DNA of 64,000 nt from a virus: positions 2,319 through 66,318 of the IMG/VR virus record IMGVR_UViG_3300003323_000550, one strand, 5' to 3'. A program made the position numbers and the translations under genes. Positions 1-8,878 of this stretch are shown one piece after another. Below the pieces are notes generated by a model that saw nothing but the letters and a program-made list of their open reading frames with translations, did no database searches and was not told the origin of the DNA. The stretch's first letter is position 1, and every line of letters begins with the position of its first letter.

Positions 1-39
1 GAGGTGGTCGAAGGCGTGGAAGAAACAGCCGCCGACGCA

Positions 40-90
40 TAAGTGCTACATAGCGCTTGCGGTAAGTGCTACGCCATGCATAAGTGCTAC
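40..90 (+). repeat. Three direct repeats TAAGTGCTAC (40-49, 63-72, 81-90), probable operator array
   Basis: Exact 10-mer three times in 51 bp, directly before the ATG at 93 and flanking a TTGCGG -35-like hexamer (57-62). Confidence 0.8.
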
Positions 91-92
91 GC

Positions 93-581
93 ATGATCGA
101 GACGATCTGCAACGACTGCGGCGCGCGCTATCGGCCAGGCACAGACCACGTGTGCCCGAAGCGTCGTCCCGCCAAGAAATCGACGGCAGCACGGAAGGAC
201 GTGCAGGCAACTACGCTCAAAGAGGATAGGTCTCGGTCGCCAGCGTTGGGAACTGGCGGCAAGGCTCGGCACCGTAGCGACACGGGGAATATTCAGGAGA
301 CCGGAACCGCAAAGACAGTGGCAACTACAGGTGCGGCCGCCACTGCGTCCTCCAGACTCGCGAGCGCCCCCAAAATAGCGGGTACTCAAGCCCCGCCCGT
401 CGATACTCTCACGCAGGCCGAAGCGGCAGCAGCGCATCTCGCTCCCGACCTGACCAAGCGCGGCACACCGCGGCAGCGCGCCCCGAAGGGCACGTTCGAC
501 CGGAAGGCGTATCAGCGCGAGAAGGCGCGGGAGCGCCGCGCCGAAAAAGCTCGCCTGCGCGCAGCACAGGAGCCGAAATGA
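93..581 (+). CDS. Putative Zn-ribbon/basic-helix DNA-binding protein
   Basis: N-terminal CNDC...HVC and C-terminal basic helix FDRKAYQREKARERRA. ATG at 93. Confidence 0.6.
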   Translation: MIETICNDCGARYRPGTDHVCPKRRPAKKSTAARKDVQATTLKEDRSRSPALGTGGKARHRSDTGNIQETGTAKTVATTGAAATASSRLASAPKIAGTQAPPVDTLTQAEAAAAHLAPDLTKRGTPRQRAPKGTFDRKAYQREKARERRAEKARLRAAQEPK

Positions 582-715
582 TCGTCTTCGACCTCCTCGC
601 GTGGCTCGGTGCTGCTGGCGGGCTACGCCTCACGTATGCCGTTGTCGGCTGGCCAGCATTTGTCGTCTGGGCTTCCGCCGTGCTGTTCGCTCAATGGGTG
701 GTGCAGCCGAAATGA
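578..715 (+). CDS. Small membrane protein (45 aa, not in ORF track)
   Basis: ATGA overlap with the upstream stop. Hydrophobic MIVFDLLAWLGAAGG...VVWASAVLFAQW. Confidence 0.45.
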   Translation: MIVFDLLAWLGAAGGLRLTYAVVGWPAFVVWASAVLFAQWVVQPK

Positions 716-786
716 CCAAGACGGCAATAACTGGCCGAAATCCTTCACCCTCATGGGGTTCGAGTTCATCAGATCGGAGGCCCAGC

Positions 787-1221
787 ATGGGTGAAGCCAA
801 ACGCCAAGAAGCCGCGCAGATGCAGGCCGCGGCAGTCCACTACGACCTCGCCCAAGCCGAAGCCGCCATGCGCAAGGGCATCGAGGAAACCGTCCGCGCG
901 GGCGACGAGGCGATCGCCGAAGGTCGCGCCGAGGCCGCCTTCATCGCCGCCCAGCGCAAGTTCGATGAGTCCCGGATCCAGTTCGTCCTCGCCGGCATGG
1001 CCGCGGTCAACGACGGCATCAGCCGCGACGAGATGTTCACCGCCGGCGGCATGGCGCTGGGTCTGATGATGGGCGGGCTGATGAACGTCTGCATCGGCAA
1101 CCGTGAGCGCAACCAGGTCGACCACGCCTTCCGGCAGGCATTCGCCGACTGTGTCGCCCAGAACGCCGCCAGCAAACAGACCGAGGTCAAGATGGACCCG
1201 ATGCCAGCGGGGCGCGCATGA
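787..1221 (+). CDS. Hypothetical phage protein
   Basis: GGAGG SD before ATG 787. Phage-like codon usage. Confidence 0.65.
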   Translation: MGEAKRQEAAQMQAAAVHYDLAQAEAAMRKGIEETVRAGDEAIAEGRAEAAFIAAQRKFDESRIQFVLAGMAAVNDGISRDEMFTAGGMALGLMMGGLMNVCIGNRERNQVDHAFRQAFADCVAQNAASKQTEVKMDPMPAGRA

Positions 1222-1387
1222 ACGAAGCCGATCGCTCAAAATTCATGGCGGCGTCATCGGCGTGGCATCGTGCAATCTATGCGGGCGCCAGCCCGTTCTA
1301 TACCGACCACATCAACCGCACCAAGCGCCACTGCCGCATCGGCAGGATCAAGCCAACGCTCGCCGCTTGGGCCTATTTCGGATTTCC

Positions 1388-1609
1388 ATGATGAACAATC
1401 TGTTGGAGCCGAAAGCTGAAGCCTGCCTCAAGGGTCAGGCACCATCAGCGCCGTCCGAGGTCTATGACCGGCTCGTGGCGACCTCGCAGGCCATCAGCCT
1501 CAAGCGCATCGCCGACGCACTGGAACTGATGGCGGCGCCGGTGATTACCGGTCGACCGATCGATCTACTCGATCCAAATTGGCGCGATCATCTGAGAGAC
1601 ATGGGATAG
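1388..1609 (+). CDS. Hypothetical protein carrying the VYDRxVATSQAISLKRIADAL module
   Basis: Module shared with 62914..63765. Confidence 0.6.
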   Translation: MMNNLLEPKAEACLKGQAPSAPSEVYDRLVATSQAISLKRIADALELMAAPVITGRPIDLLDPNWRDHLRDMG

Positions 1610-1719
1610 GAGGCACACATGAAACTCATCGCCATTTGGCTCGCTTGGATTATCGACAAGCGCCTCGCTCGTGTGCACGATCTCGATGACGCCGATCTGC
1701 AGCGCCTGGTGTCATCGAT

Positions 1720-2172
1720 ATGACCCCGCTCGCGCTCGAAATGCTGCTCTGGTTCTGCACGCGGACGGCCGAAGCGGGCCCGTTCCCGAACCTCAAAACC
1801 CATGAGCCGCAGAAAGAAATCCGCAACTGGATGCTGGCCGACGGCATCATCGAACCGTGGGACTTTTTCAGCCGGGAACCGATCTACCGCGCGACCGACA
1901 AGGGCCGCGCCTGGCTGGACATGATCCTCGCCACCCCGATGCCCGAGCAGAAGTGGGTCGACCCGCGCACCGAGGTGAGCAACAAGTCCCCTCTCGATAT
2001 CCAAGCCGAACTCATGGAACAAATCCCGTGGGTGTCAGGCCAAACCCCGCGCCGCCCCGACCGCGCCGAGGACTTCGCCATGTGGTGGACCACCAGGACC
2101 GGCGAAGCCGCTGGCTGGACCCCGATGCGCGCCCTTGAGGAGTGGCGCAAAGAGAAGGGATTTGCAGTATGA
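1720..2172 (+). CDS. Hypothetical phage protein
   Basis: 150-aa ORF coupled to its neighbours by ATGA overlaps. Confidence 0.65.
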   Translation: MTPLALEMLLWFCTRTAEAGPFPNLKTHEPQKEIRNWMLADGIIEPWDFFSREPIYRATDKGRAWLDMILATPMPEQKWVDPRTEVSNKSPLDIQAELMEQIPWVSGQTPRRPDRAEDFAMWWTTRTGEAAGWTPMRALEEWRKEKGFAV

Positions 2173-2465
2173 ACCGCCGCTCCCTCATCCTCGGCGGCGC
2201 TGCCCTGATCGCAGCACCAGCCGTCGTGCGCGCCGAGTCGCTGATGAAAATCGTGGTGCCGAAGCCTGCGCTGATCCCGTGGTCCGAAGTGCCGCTGACC
2301 GTGCGTGAGCTCCGACTGCGCAAGATCGAGTCCGACCTGATCATCAAAATGCTCTACATGCCGGCCATCGAATTGCCGGACGGCGGCTATGAGATCATGG
2401 ACAGCGCTCCAGTTCTCGCCCAGTGGCGCGAGGTCAGGCGGCAGATCGAGGAACTGCGCGCATGA
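2169..2465 (+). CDS. Twin-arginine (Tat) signal-bearing small protein
   Basis: MNRRSLILGGAALIAAPAVVRA: RR motif, hydrophobic stretch, VRA cleavage site. Confidence 0.7.
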   Translation: MNRRSLILGGAALIAAPAVVRAESLMKIVVPKPALIPWSEVPLTVRELRLRKIESDLIIKMLYMPAIELPDGGYEIMDSAPVLAQWREVRRQIEELRA

Positions 2466-2605
2466 ACACCGCCAAACTCACCGAGTTCGACAAGGACGAG
2501 TTCCGGGACATCGCCCGCAAGATCGACCCCAAGATCACCGATGAGGAGTTCGAGCGCGCCTGGGCCGAGTTCGTCGAGCTCAAACGGAAGCGAGCACTCA
2601 ACTGA
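2462..2605 (+). CDS. Small hypothetical protein
   Basis: ATGA overlap; MNTAKLTEFDKDEF... Confidence 0.55.
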   Translation: MNTAKLTEFDKDEFRDIARKIDPKITDEEFERAWAEFVELKRKRALN

Positions 2606-2606
2606 G

Positions 2607-2885
2607 ATGGTCACCTACCTGTCGGAATCCTATATCGACGGGGTACTGCAGCATCTGCGCAGAGAGCCTGTTCAACTCGATCCCGATGGCGAAGTCCCGC
2701 CTACGACCGGCATTGATCGCCGGCGTGACGCGCTGATGGAACTAGTCCATCGTGGTGTGGCCGAGATCGACGATATGCAGGTGGTGCGCGTGAAGCGGGC
2801 CAAGACGCCCGATGTCCCAAGGTCATACGAGGTTACACCCGCGATGGAAGCGCTCCGTGCACGCAGAAAGGCACTTGACCGATGA
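2607..2885 (+). CDS. Hypothetical protein
   Basis: ORF MVTYLSESY... overlapping the start of the phosphatase gene. Confidence 0.5.
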   Translation: MVTYLSESYIDGVLQHLRREPVQLDPDGEVPPTTGIDRRRDALMELVHRGVAEIDDMQVVRVKRAKTPDVPRSYEVTPAMEALRARRKALDR

Positions 2886-3400
2886 TCGAGGTCTACCCGC
2901 ACCTTTGGGTCGGTGCTCAAACCGACCTCGTGCACGTGCAGGATCATGATCATGTTGATGGCCAAGTGCACATCAAGGATGGCTGGTTCGTCGTCACCGC
3001 GGCCAAGGAGCCGTGGCACCGCCAAGCGCTGGGCTACACCGGCCGCGCCGCCAGCAAGGACCATCCCGAATATCTCTGGGCGGAGCGCCAGCGCCGCGTC
3101 ATTCTCAACCTCGTTGACGTCGACGATCCAGCCTATATCCGGCGCGAGATCATGGACCACGCCGCCAGCTGGATCTCGCGCGCCCTCACCATGCCCGCAG
3201 TCGATGGCCGCATGCCGCGTGTCCTCGTGCACTGCAACCAAGGCCAGTCGCGCGCCCCAACGGTCGCCCTCTGGTTCATGCACAAGCACACCGACGCCCT
3301 GCCCGCCGATCGCGAAGAAGCCATCGCCCTGTTCAAATCCAAGTATCCGGCCTACGAACCCGCCCAAGGCATGGCGAAGTGGATCGAGGCCAATTGGTGA
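2882..3400 (+). CDS. Dual-specificity (Cys-based, PTP-superfamily) phosphatase
   Basis: Active-site loop VLVHCNQGQSRAPT (HCxxGxSR). N-terminal EVYPHLWVG typical of DSPs. Upstream candidate acid loop LNLVDVDD. Confidence 0.85.
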   Translation: MIEVYPHLWVGAQTDLVHVQDHDHVDGQVHIKDGWFVVTAAKEPWHRQALGYTGRAASKDHPEYLWAERQRRVILNLVDVDDPAYIRREIMDHAASWISRALTMPAVDGRMPRVLVHCNQGQSRAPTVALWFMHKHTDALPADREEAIALFKSKYPAYEPAQGMAKWIEANW

Positions 3401-4863
3401 CGGAATCCCCCAGCGCACGCATCCGCCGGTGGCGCGAGAAGCCGTCCGACATGGTGCGGGAACTGTTCGGCGTCGAGCCGGACCTGTGGCAGATCGAAGC
3501 CCTCGACGCCTTCCCCACCAATCCGCGCCTCGCGATGAAGGCGTGCAAGGGGCCAGGCAAGACCACGGTGCTCGCGTGGCTCGCCTGGAACTTCCTCCTC
3601 ACCCGGCCACATCCCAAAGTGATCGCCACGTCGATTTCGGGGTCGAACCTGAGCGACGGCCTTTGGACCGAAATGGCCAAATGGCAGCAGCGGTCCGAAC
3701 TGCTCAAGCAGACGTTCACCTGGACCAAGACGCGCATTTTCGCCAACGACCACCCCGAGACGTGGTTCATGACGGCGCGCAACTGGTCTCGCTCAGCCGA
3801 TAAAGAACAGCAGGAAAATACCCTCGCCGGCCTGCATGCCGACTACATCTTGTTCATCCTCGACGAGAGCGGCGGCATTCCCGACGCCGTGATGGCGGCG
3901 GCAGAAGCTGCATTGTCGACCGGCATCGAAATGCACATCGTGCAGGCCGGCAACCCGACCCACCTCGAGGGGCCGTTGTATCGCGCCTGCTCGACCGAAA
4001 AAAACCTCTGGTACGTCATCGAGATCACCGGCGATCCGGACGACCCGAAGCGCAGTCCGCGCGTCAGCGTCGAATGGGCACGCCAGCAGATCCAGAAGTA
4101 TGGCCGAGAGAACCCGTGGGTGCTGGTCAACGTGTTCGGCAAGTTCCCGCCGAGCTCGATCAACGCCCTGATCGGCCCGGATGCGGTCAACGATTCCATG
4201 CGCCGGGTCTACACCGAGTATCAGGTGGGCAACGCGGCCCTGATCCTCGGGGTCGACGTCGCGCGTTTCGGCAACGCGGCCTCGGTGGTGTTCCCCCGCC
4301 GCGGCATCCAGATGTTCACCCCCACCAAGGTGCGCAACTACGACTCTGTGCAGGGAGCCGGCCTCGTGTCGCGCATCTGGCACAACACCAACGCCGACGC
4401 ATGCTTTGTCGATGACACCGGTGGGTTCGGCTCAGGCTGGATCGACCAGCTACGTGTGCTCAAGCGCTCCCCGATCCCAGTGCACTTCGCGGGCCAGGCG
4501 CACCAAAGCGACAAATACGCCAACAAGCGGACCGAGATGTATTTCGACTACACACAGTGGATCAAGGACGGCGGCGCCATGCCGAACGTTCCCGAACTCG
4601 CTGCCGCGTTGCCGGCCACCACCTACTCGTTCACCAAGTCGGGCCTTTTGCTGCTCGAGCCCAAGGAACTGGTCGAGGCCAAAATCGGCTACAGCCCTGA
4701 CGATGCCGACGCCGGCGCACTCACCTTTGCTGAGCCCGTTGCACCTGCGCAGGTCAATGCCGGGCCGCGACCGACGAATGTGGCGGCCCAGAATTTCAAC
4801 CCCTACGCTGAGAACCGGACCGACATCGCCAGCGCGGTCAACGGCAGCTACAAGCCCTTCTAG
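3397..4863 (+). CDS. terL: Terminase large subunit
   Basis: Walker A ACKGPGKT, Walker B ILFILDESG, motif III AGNP, RNase H-like GVDVARFG and SPDDADA. Confidence 0.95.
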   Translation: MTESPSARIRRWREKPSDMVRELFGVEPDLWQIEALDAFPTNPRLAMKACKGPGKTTVLAWLAWNFLLTRPHPKVIATSISGSNLSDGLWTEMAKWQQRSELLKQTFTWTKTRIFANDHPETWFMTARNWSRSADKEQQENTLAGLHADYILFILDESGGIPDAVMAAAEAALSTGIEMHIVQAGNPTHLEGPLYRACSTEKNLWYVIEITGDPDDPKRSPRVSVEWARQQIQKYGRENPWVLVNVFGKFPPSSINALIGPDAVNDSMRRVYTEYQVGNAALILGVDVARFGNAASVVFPRRGIQMFTPTKVRNYDSVQGAGLVSRIWHNTNADACFVDDTGGFGSGWIDQLRVLKRSPIPVHFAGQAHQSDKYANKRTEMYFDYTQWIKDGGAMPNVPELAAALPATTYSFTKSGLLLLEPKELVEAKIGYSPDDADAGALTFAEPVAPAQVNAGPRPTNVAAQNFNPYAENRTDIASAVNGSYKPF

Positions 4864-4902
4864 CCTTGCTCGGAACCGGCGTCGGCGGTATCACTGCGCT
4901 CC

Positions 4903-5223
4903 ATGCACGACTTCGATCCCTCGATCAGCAGCCAGATGGCCGAAGCCCACGAGACCTATATCGAGGCGCATTTCCAACGCCGCGTCGTGGTGATAATGGG
5001 CGCCGTGTGCTCGGTGGCCTATCAGGTCTGTTGTTTCGTCGCCGGGCTCGTCCTCCACAATCAGACCGCCGTTATCTTCGCGCTCATCACCATGGGCAGC
5101 GTGTATCTGATGGCGCTGGCGCAGACCGTGATCGGGCCGAAGATGTCGCTTGTGCCTACCGCCCTGTTGGCCGCATCGATCTTCTGCGGCCTCGCGGCCG
5201 GCATCTCGCTGCTCGGGGGCTGA
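4903..5223 (+). CDS. Small multi-pass membrane protein
   Basis: About three hydrophobic segments. Confidence 0.6.
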   Translation: MHDFDPSISSQMAEAHETYIEAHFQRRVVVIMGAVCSVAYQVCCFVAGLVLHNQTAVIFALITMGSVYLMALAQTVIGPKMSLVPTALLAASIFCGLAAGISLLGG

Positions 5224-5353
5224 AACATGGCCGACGCGCCCAATCCACCGATCCAGGCGCAGCCCAAGCCGCCGCGACCCATCCCGAAGCCGACAGCACC
5301 GCGTGGCGGACCCATGCCAACCGTCACCCGCCGCGAACTCAAGGGAGGCTGAC

Positions 5354-5572
5354 ATCTCGTTTCTTGCGCCCAAGGCCGACAACGCCGGCGTGCCGCCCCC
5401 ACCGATCCCAGCTACGCTCGCCAACCCCAACGTCAAGGCGCAGTCGAGCCAAGCCCGCGCTGCCGCTGCCGCTGCGGCGGGCAAGGTGAGCGGCTTCGGC
5501 CGTACCGTCGATACCTCGGCCCGCGGCGCAGCGCCCGCCACCACCGCCAAAACCTCGCTGTTCGGGACGTGA
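5354..5572 (+). CDS. Pre-portal small virion-associated protein, apparent ATC start
   Basis: GGAGG (5344-5348) 5 nt before ATC. Product (M)SFLAPK..PPPP..GFGRTVDTS..AKTSLFG resembles small proteins found just upstream of podovirus portals. Confidence 0.6.
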   Translation: MSFLAPKADNAGVPPPPIPATLANPNVKAQSSQARAAAAAAAGKVSGFGRTVDTSARGAAPATTAKTSLFGT

Positions 5573-5573
5573 C

Positions 5574-5786
5574 ATGGAAACCAGGCCGGGGACAAAGCTG
5601 ATCGGAGATCTGCCGACGGGTGGCCAATGGCAGATCAAGGCGTTCGATGGGGTAGTGATCCTTGTCGATCTGACCGGCACGCATCCTCCCATGATCGTGG
5701 AAGGCGACGAATTGCGCGTCCTCAAGCCCGTCGAGGGTGAAGTCTACGTCGAAGCGCAGTGCCTGATGCTGACGGCGAAAAACTGA
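5574..5786 (+). CDS. Hypothetical protein
   Basis: 70-aa ORF whose stop overlaps the portal ATG. Confidence 0.55.
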   Translation: METRPGTKLIGDLPTGGQWQIKAFDGVVILVDLTGTHPPMIVEGDELRVLKPVEGEVYVEAQCLMLTAKN

Positions 5787-7603
5787 TGCCCGACGGCTCG
5801 AGCGTCACCATCACCGAAACCGCCGATTACATGGGGCCGTCGCTGCTCGCGCAGCAGCCGGTGACGCAACGCCGCTCGGCCGCCGACATGGCCCGGGAAT
5901 GGACCGTCGCGTTCTCCAAGCTGGAATCGCGGCTGCTGATGCTGCGCTCGTGGCGGTTCTCGTGGTGGGTCTACTGGTCGAGCCTCGCCGCCTATTTCAA
6001 TCCCAGACGCTACATCTGGCTGGTCGTGCCCAACCGTATGTGGCGCGGCTCCTCAATCAACGACCAGATCATCGACAGCACCGGGCTGCAGGCCGTTCGC
6101 ACCTGCGCCGCCGGCATGTGGACCGGGCTGACCTCGCCTTCCCGGCCATGGTTCGCGATCGAGCTCGCCGGGCCTGAGACCGAGCTGGACGCCGACGCCA
6201 AGGCATGGATCGAGGACACCCAGAGCAAGGTCTATACGGTTCTGGCCAACTCGAATTTCTACAACACCATGGCGCAGGCGTTCGAGGACGTGACCGTGTT
6301 CGGCACGGCACCGGTGGTGCTGTATGAGGATTTCGAGAACGTCATCCGTCTCTACCTACCGGCCGCCGGCGAATATTACCTGGGCGTCGGCCCGGACCTG
6401 AGCACCGACACGTTCTACCGCGAGTTCACCTACACCGTGGCGCAGATCATCGGGCGGTGGCAGGTCGAGAACGTGCCGCCGGTGATTGCTACGCTTTGGA
6501 TGCAGGGCGGCGGCTCGCTCGAGCAGGAGTTCGTCATCGCGCACTCGATCGAGCCGAACTTCGCTTTCAACGACGGTGCCGACACACCGATTCGTCTGCT
6601 GCCCGAGGACTTCACTTGGCGCGAGGTCTACTGGGTGCGCGGCACCCGCTCGCCTCAGCCGCTCGAAATCCACGGCTTCCGCAGCCAGCCCATGTTCGCC
6701 GCGCGCTGGTCGACGGTGAGCAACGATGCCTACGGTCGATCGCCCTGTATGGACGCCCTGGGCGACAACAAGCAGGTCCAGTTCGAAACGCTGCGCAAGG
6801 CCGAGTTCATCGAAAAGGGCGTGCGCCCGCCGATGGGTGCCGACCCGGCGCTCAAGAACGAGCCCGCATCGATCATTCCGGGCAACATCACCTATGTCGG
6901 TGCCGATGGCGGCAAGAAAGGCTTCTGGCCGCTGTTCGAGCCCAACTACGGCTGGCTCACGGCCATCACCAACGACATCGACAAGGTCAACGCCCGCATC
7001 GAGAAATGCCTGTTCGTCGACCTGTTCATGGCGATCAGCAGGATGGAAGGCGTCCAGCCGCGGAACGAGCTCGAACTGACGCAGCGCAACATGGAGCGGC
7101 TGCAGGAGCTTGGCCCGTTCATCCACATGTTCGAGACCGAGTTCGCCACTCCGCTGCTGCAGCGCATCATCGACATCATGATGCGCAAGGGCATGCTGCT
7201 CCCGTTGCCGCCCTCGCTGCGCGGCCGGCCGCTCAAGATCACCTTCACCTCGATCATGCGCCAGGCGCAGCGGTCGATGGAATCGGTGGCCATGAAAGAC
7301 GTGCTCAATGTCGGCGGCCTGATGTCGGCGGCGGCGCGCAACGCCGGCCTGCCTGACCCGCTGCGCAATCTCAACCTCGATAAGGCATACCGCCGCTACG
7401 GCACCCTCAACGACTTCGATCAGGATCTGTGGTTCACCGTCGATGAGGTCGAGCAGCACGATCAGGCGCGCGAGCAGGCCAAGGCGCAGGCACAGGCACT
7501 GCCCGATGCCATGGCTGCAGCACAGGGCGCCAAGACGCTGGCCGAAACCCCACTGGAGAACGGCACCATGCTGTCCTCCCTCCTCGGACGATCACCTGCA
7601 TGA
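5786..7603 (+). CDS. Portal (head-to-tail connector) protein
   Basis: Motifs DSTG..AAGMWTGLTSPSRPWF, FGTA, ARW....DAYGRSP, ERLQELGP of T7/BPP-1-type connectors. Position after TerL. Confidence 0.95.
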   Translation: MPDGSSVTITETADYMGPSLLAQQPVTQRRSAADMAREWTVAFSKLESRLLMLRSWRFSWWVYWSSLAAYFNPRRYIWLVVPNRMWRGSSINDQIIDSTGLQAVRTCAAGMWTGLTSPSRPWFAIELAGPETELDADAKAWIEDTQSKVYTVLANSNFYNTMAQAFEDVTVFGTAPVVLYEDFENVIRLYLPAAGEYYLGVGPDLSTDTFYREFTYTVAQIIGRWQVENVPPVIATLWMQGGGSLEQEFVIAHSIEPNFAFNDGADTPIRLLPEDFTWREVYWVRGTRSPQPLEIHGFRSQPMFAARWSTVSNDAYGRSPCMDALGDNKQVQFETLRKAEFIEKGVRPPMGADPALKNEPASIIPGNITYVGADGGKKGFWPLFEPNYGWLTAITNDIDKVNARIEKCLFVDLFMAISRMEGVQPRNELELTQRNMERLQELGPFIHMFETEFATPLLQRIIDIMMRKGMLLPLPPSLRGRPLKITFTSIMRQAQRSMESVAMKDVLNVGGLMSAAARNAGLPDPLRNLNLDKAYRRYGTLNDFDQDLWFTVDEVEQHDQAREQAKAQAQALPDAMAAAQGAKTLAETPLENGTMLSSLLGRSPA

Positions 7604-8097
7604 GCCTGCACGAATCCGACATCATGGACCGGCTGCGGTCCTCGACGCGCGAAGCGATCCAAGCCTGCCGCGAACTCTCGGTGCAATCCCGCCGCGGATC
7701 GCCTTATGAGACCCTGCGCGACAATCTGGTGCTGATCGAGGGCTGCTGTCGCCAGATGGCCATCTATCGGGACGATGGCCGGTGGCTGCCGTTCGGCGTC
7801 TTCGCCGCCAATATCCACCAGCGCGCTGGCGACTGGCTACGCGGTTACGTCAAGAACGGCGTGCATATCATCTGGACTCCAGGCCACATCAACGAGGCGT
7901 TCGTCAAACTGGCGGGCGAGCTCGCAGTAGTGCTCGAGGGGCTGGAAAACCTCGCGGTGATGAAGACGGGCCGACGTGGGCCAATCCTGCCCGCCACACC
8001 GGCCGAGGAACGCCGCATGGGGCGTCCGGCATTCGACAATCGGCCGAAAAAGGCGCAAACCCTGTTGCTTCCGCCGAAATATCGGCAACCTGCATAA
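7600..8097 (+). CDS. Hypothetical protein
   Basis: 165-aa ORF with ATGA overlap to the portal stop. Confidence 0.65.
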   Translation: MSLHESDIMDRLRSSTREAIQACRELSVQSRRGSPYETLRDNLVLIEGCCRQMAIYRDDGRWLPFGVFAANIHQRAGDWLRGYVKNGVHIIWTPGHINEAFVKLAGELAVVLEGLENLAVMKTGRRGPILPATPAEERRMGRPAFDNRPKKAQTLLLPPKYRQPA

Positions 8098-8136
8098 ATT
8101 GGGCGATTTTTGCATAAACGGGAGGTCTGGCGACCG

Positions 8137-8346
8137 ATGACTGAGGCGATCCAACTTACGCCCACCAAATCCGACACCGAAAAAGCGCAGGACTACAAGG
8201 CCGAGATCACGCCCGTGCTTGAACAGGCGTGCCGCATCATCAGCAGCGCGCGCCGCGAGGGCCTGGACATCAATTTCGCCTTGGGACCGGATCAATTCGG
8301 TGTTCAGCGCATCCAGATGCTCACCATCACAAAATCGCTGCTGTGA
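8137..8346 (+). CDS. Small hypothetical protein
   Basis: GGAGG upstream; MTEAIQLTP... Confidence 0.55.
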   Translation: MTEAIQLTPTKSDTEKAQDYKAEITPVLEQACRIISSARREGLDINFALGPDQFGVQRIQMLTITKSLL

Positions 8347-8786
8347 CCCCGGACGTTCCCGGCCCATCGTTCGATGAGCCCGACCCCGAACCGGCTTCGG
8401 CGCTCGAGGGCAACACCGCCAATGCCGCCGAACCCGAGGCTGTGCGCCGACAGGCCAAATCACAGGCGCAGCGTCAGCGCGACACGGCCGAGTTCTGGCG
8501 CAGCATCTTCGCCACTGTCGACGGACGAGCGGCGATGTGGGGCATCCTCGCCGACGTCAAGACGTTCGAGATCGTCGCTGGCGTCAGCGCCAATGGTGCC
8601 TATGATCCAGAAGTGACGGCCTTCAACAAGGGCAAGCAGTCGGTCGGCCAATCGCTGTTCCTCGCGTGGCTCGGCTATGATCGAGAGGGTGTGCTGACCA
8701 TGCTCGCCGAGCACCAGCCGACCACGAAAGAGGCCGCCAAGAATGTCGCTCCACGACGGCGGACGCGAAAACCCCTACCGGAATAG
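8343..8786 (+). CDS. Bbp19-like head-morphogenesis protein
   Basis: IFATVDGRAAMWGIL...TAFNKGKQSVG pattern and position between portal and scaffold. Confidence 0.7.
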   Translation: MTPDVPGPSFDEPDPEPASALEGNTANAAEPEAVRRQAKSQAQRQRDTAEFWRSIFATVDGRAAMWGILADVKTFEIVAGVSANGAYDPEVTAFNKGKQSVGQSLFLAWLGYDREGVLTMLAEHQPTTKEAAKNVAPRRRTRKPLPE

Positions 8787-8789
8787 TCT

Positions 8790-8817
8790 TTGACCGCCGC
8801 AAAACTCATGCTATTGG
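8790..8817 (+). promoter_or_regulatory. Putative sigma70-type promoter for scaffold/capsid genes
   Basis: TTGACC-16 nt-TATTGG (GCTATT) in the intergenic gap. Confidence 0.4.
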
Positions 8818-8878
8818 TGCGGCCCAACGCACAACCCCCGCTTCGTTTGTCTGGCGACGAGCTCGAAGCGAGAATTGA

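Noticed and set aside
40-90. Mini CRISPR array
   Set aside because: Repeats are only 10-13 bp with 8-13 bp gaps, and there are no cas genes.
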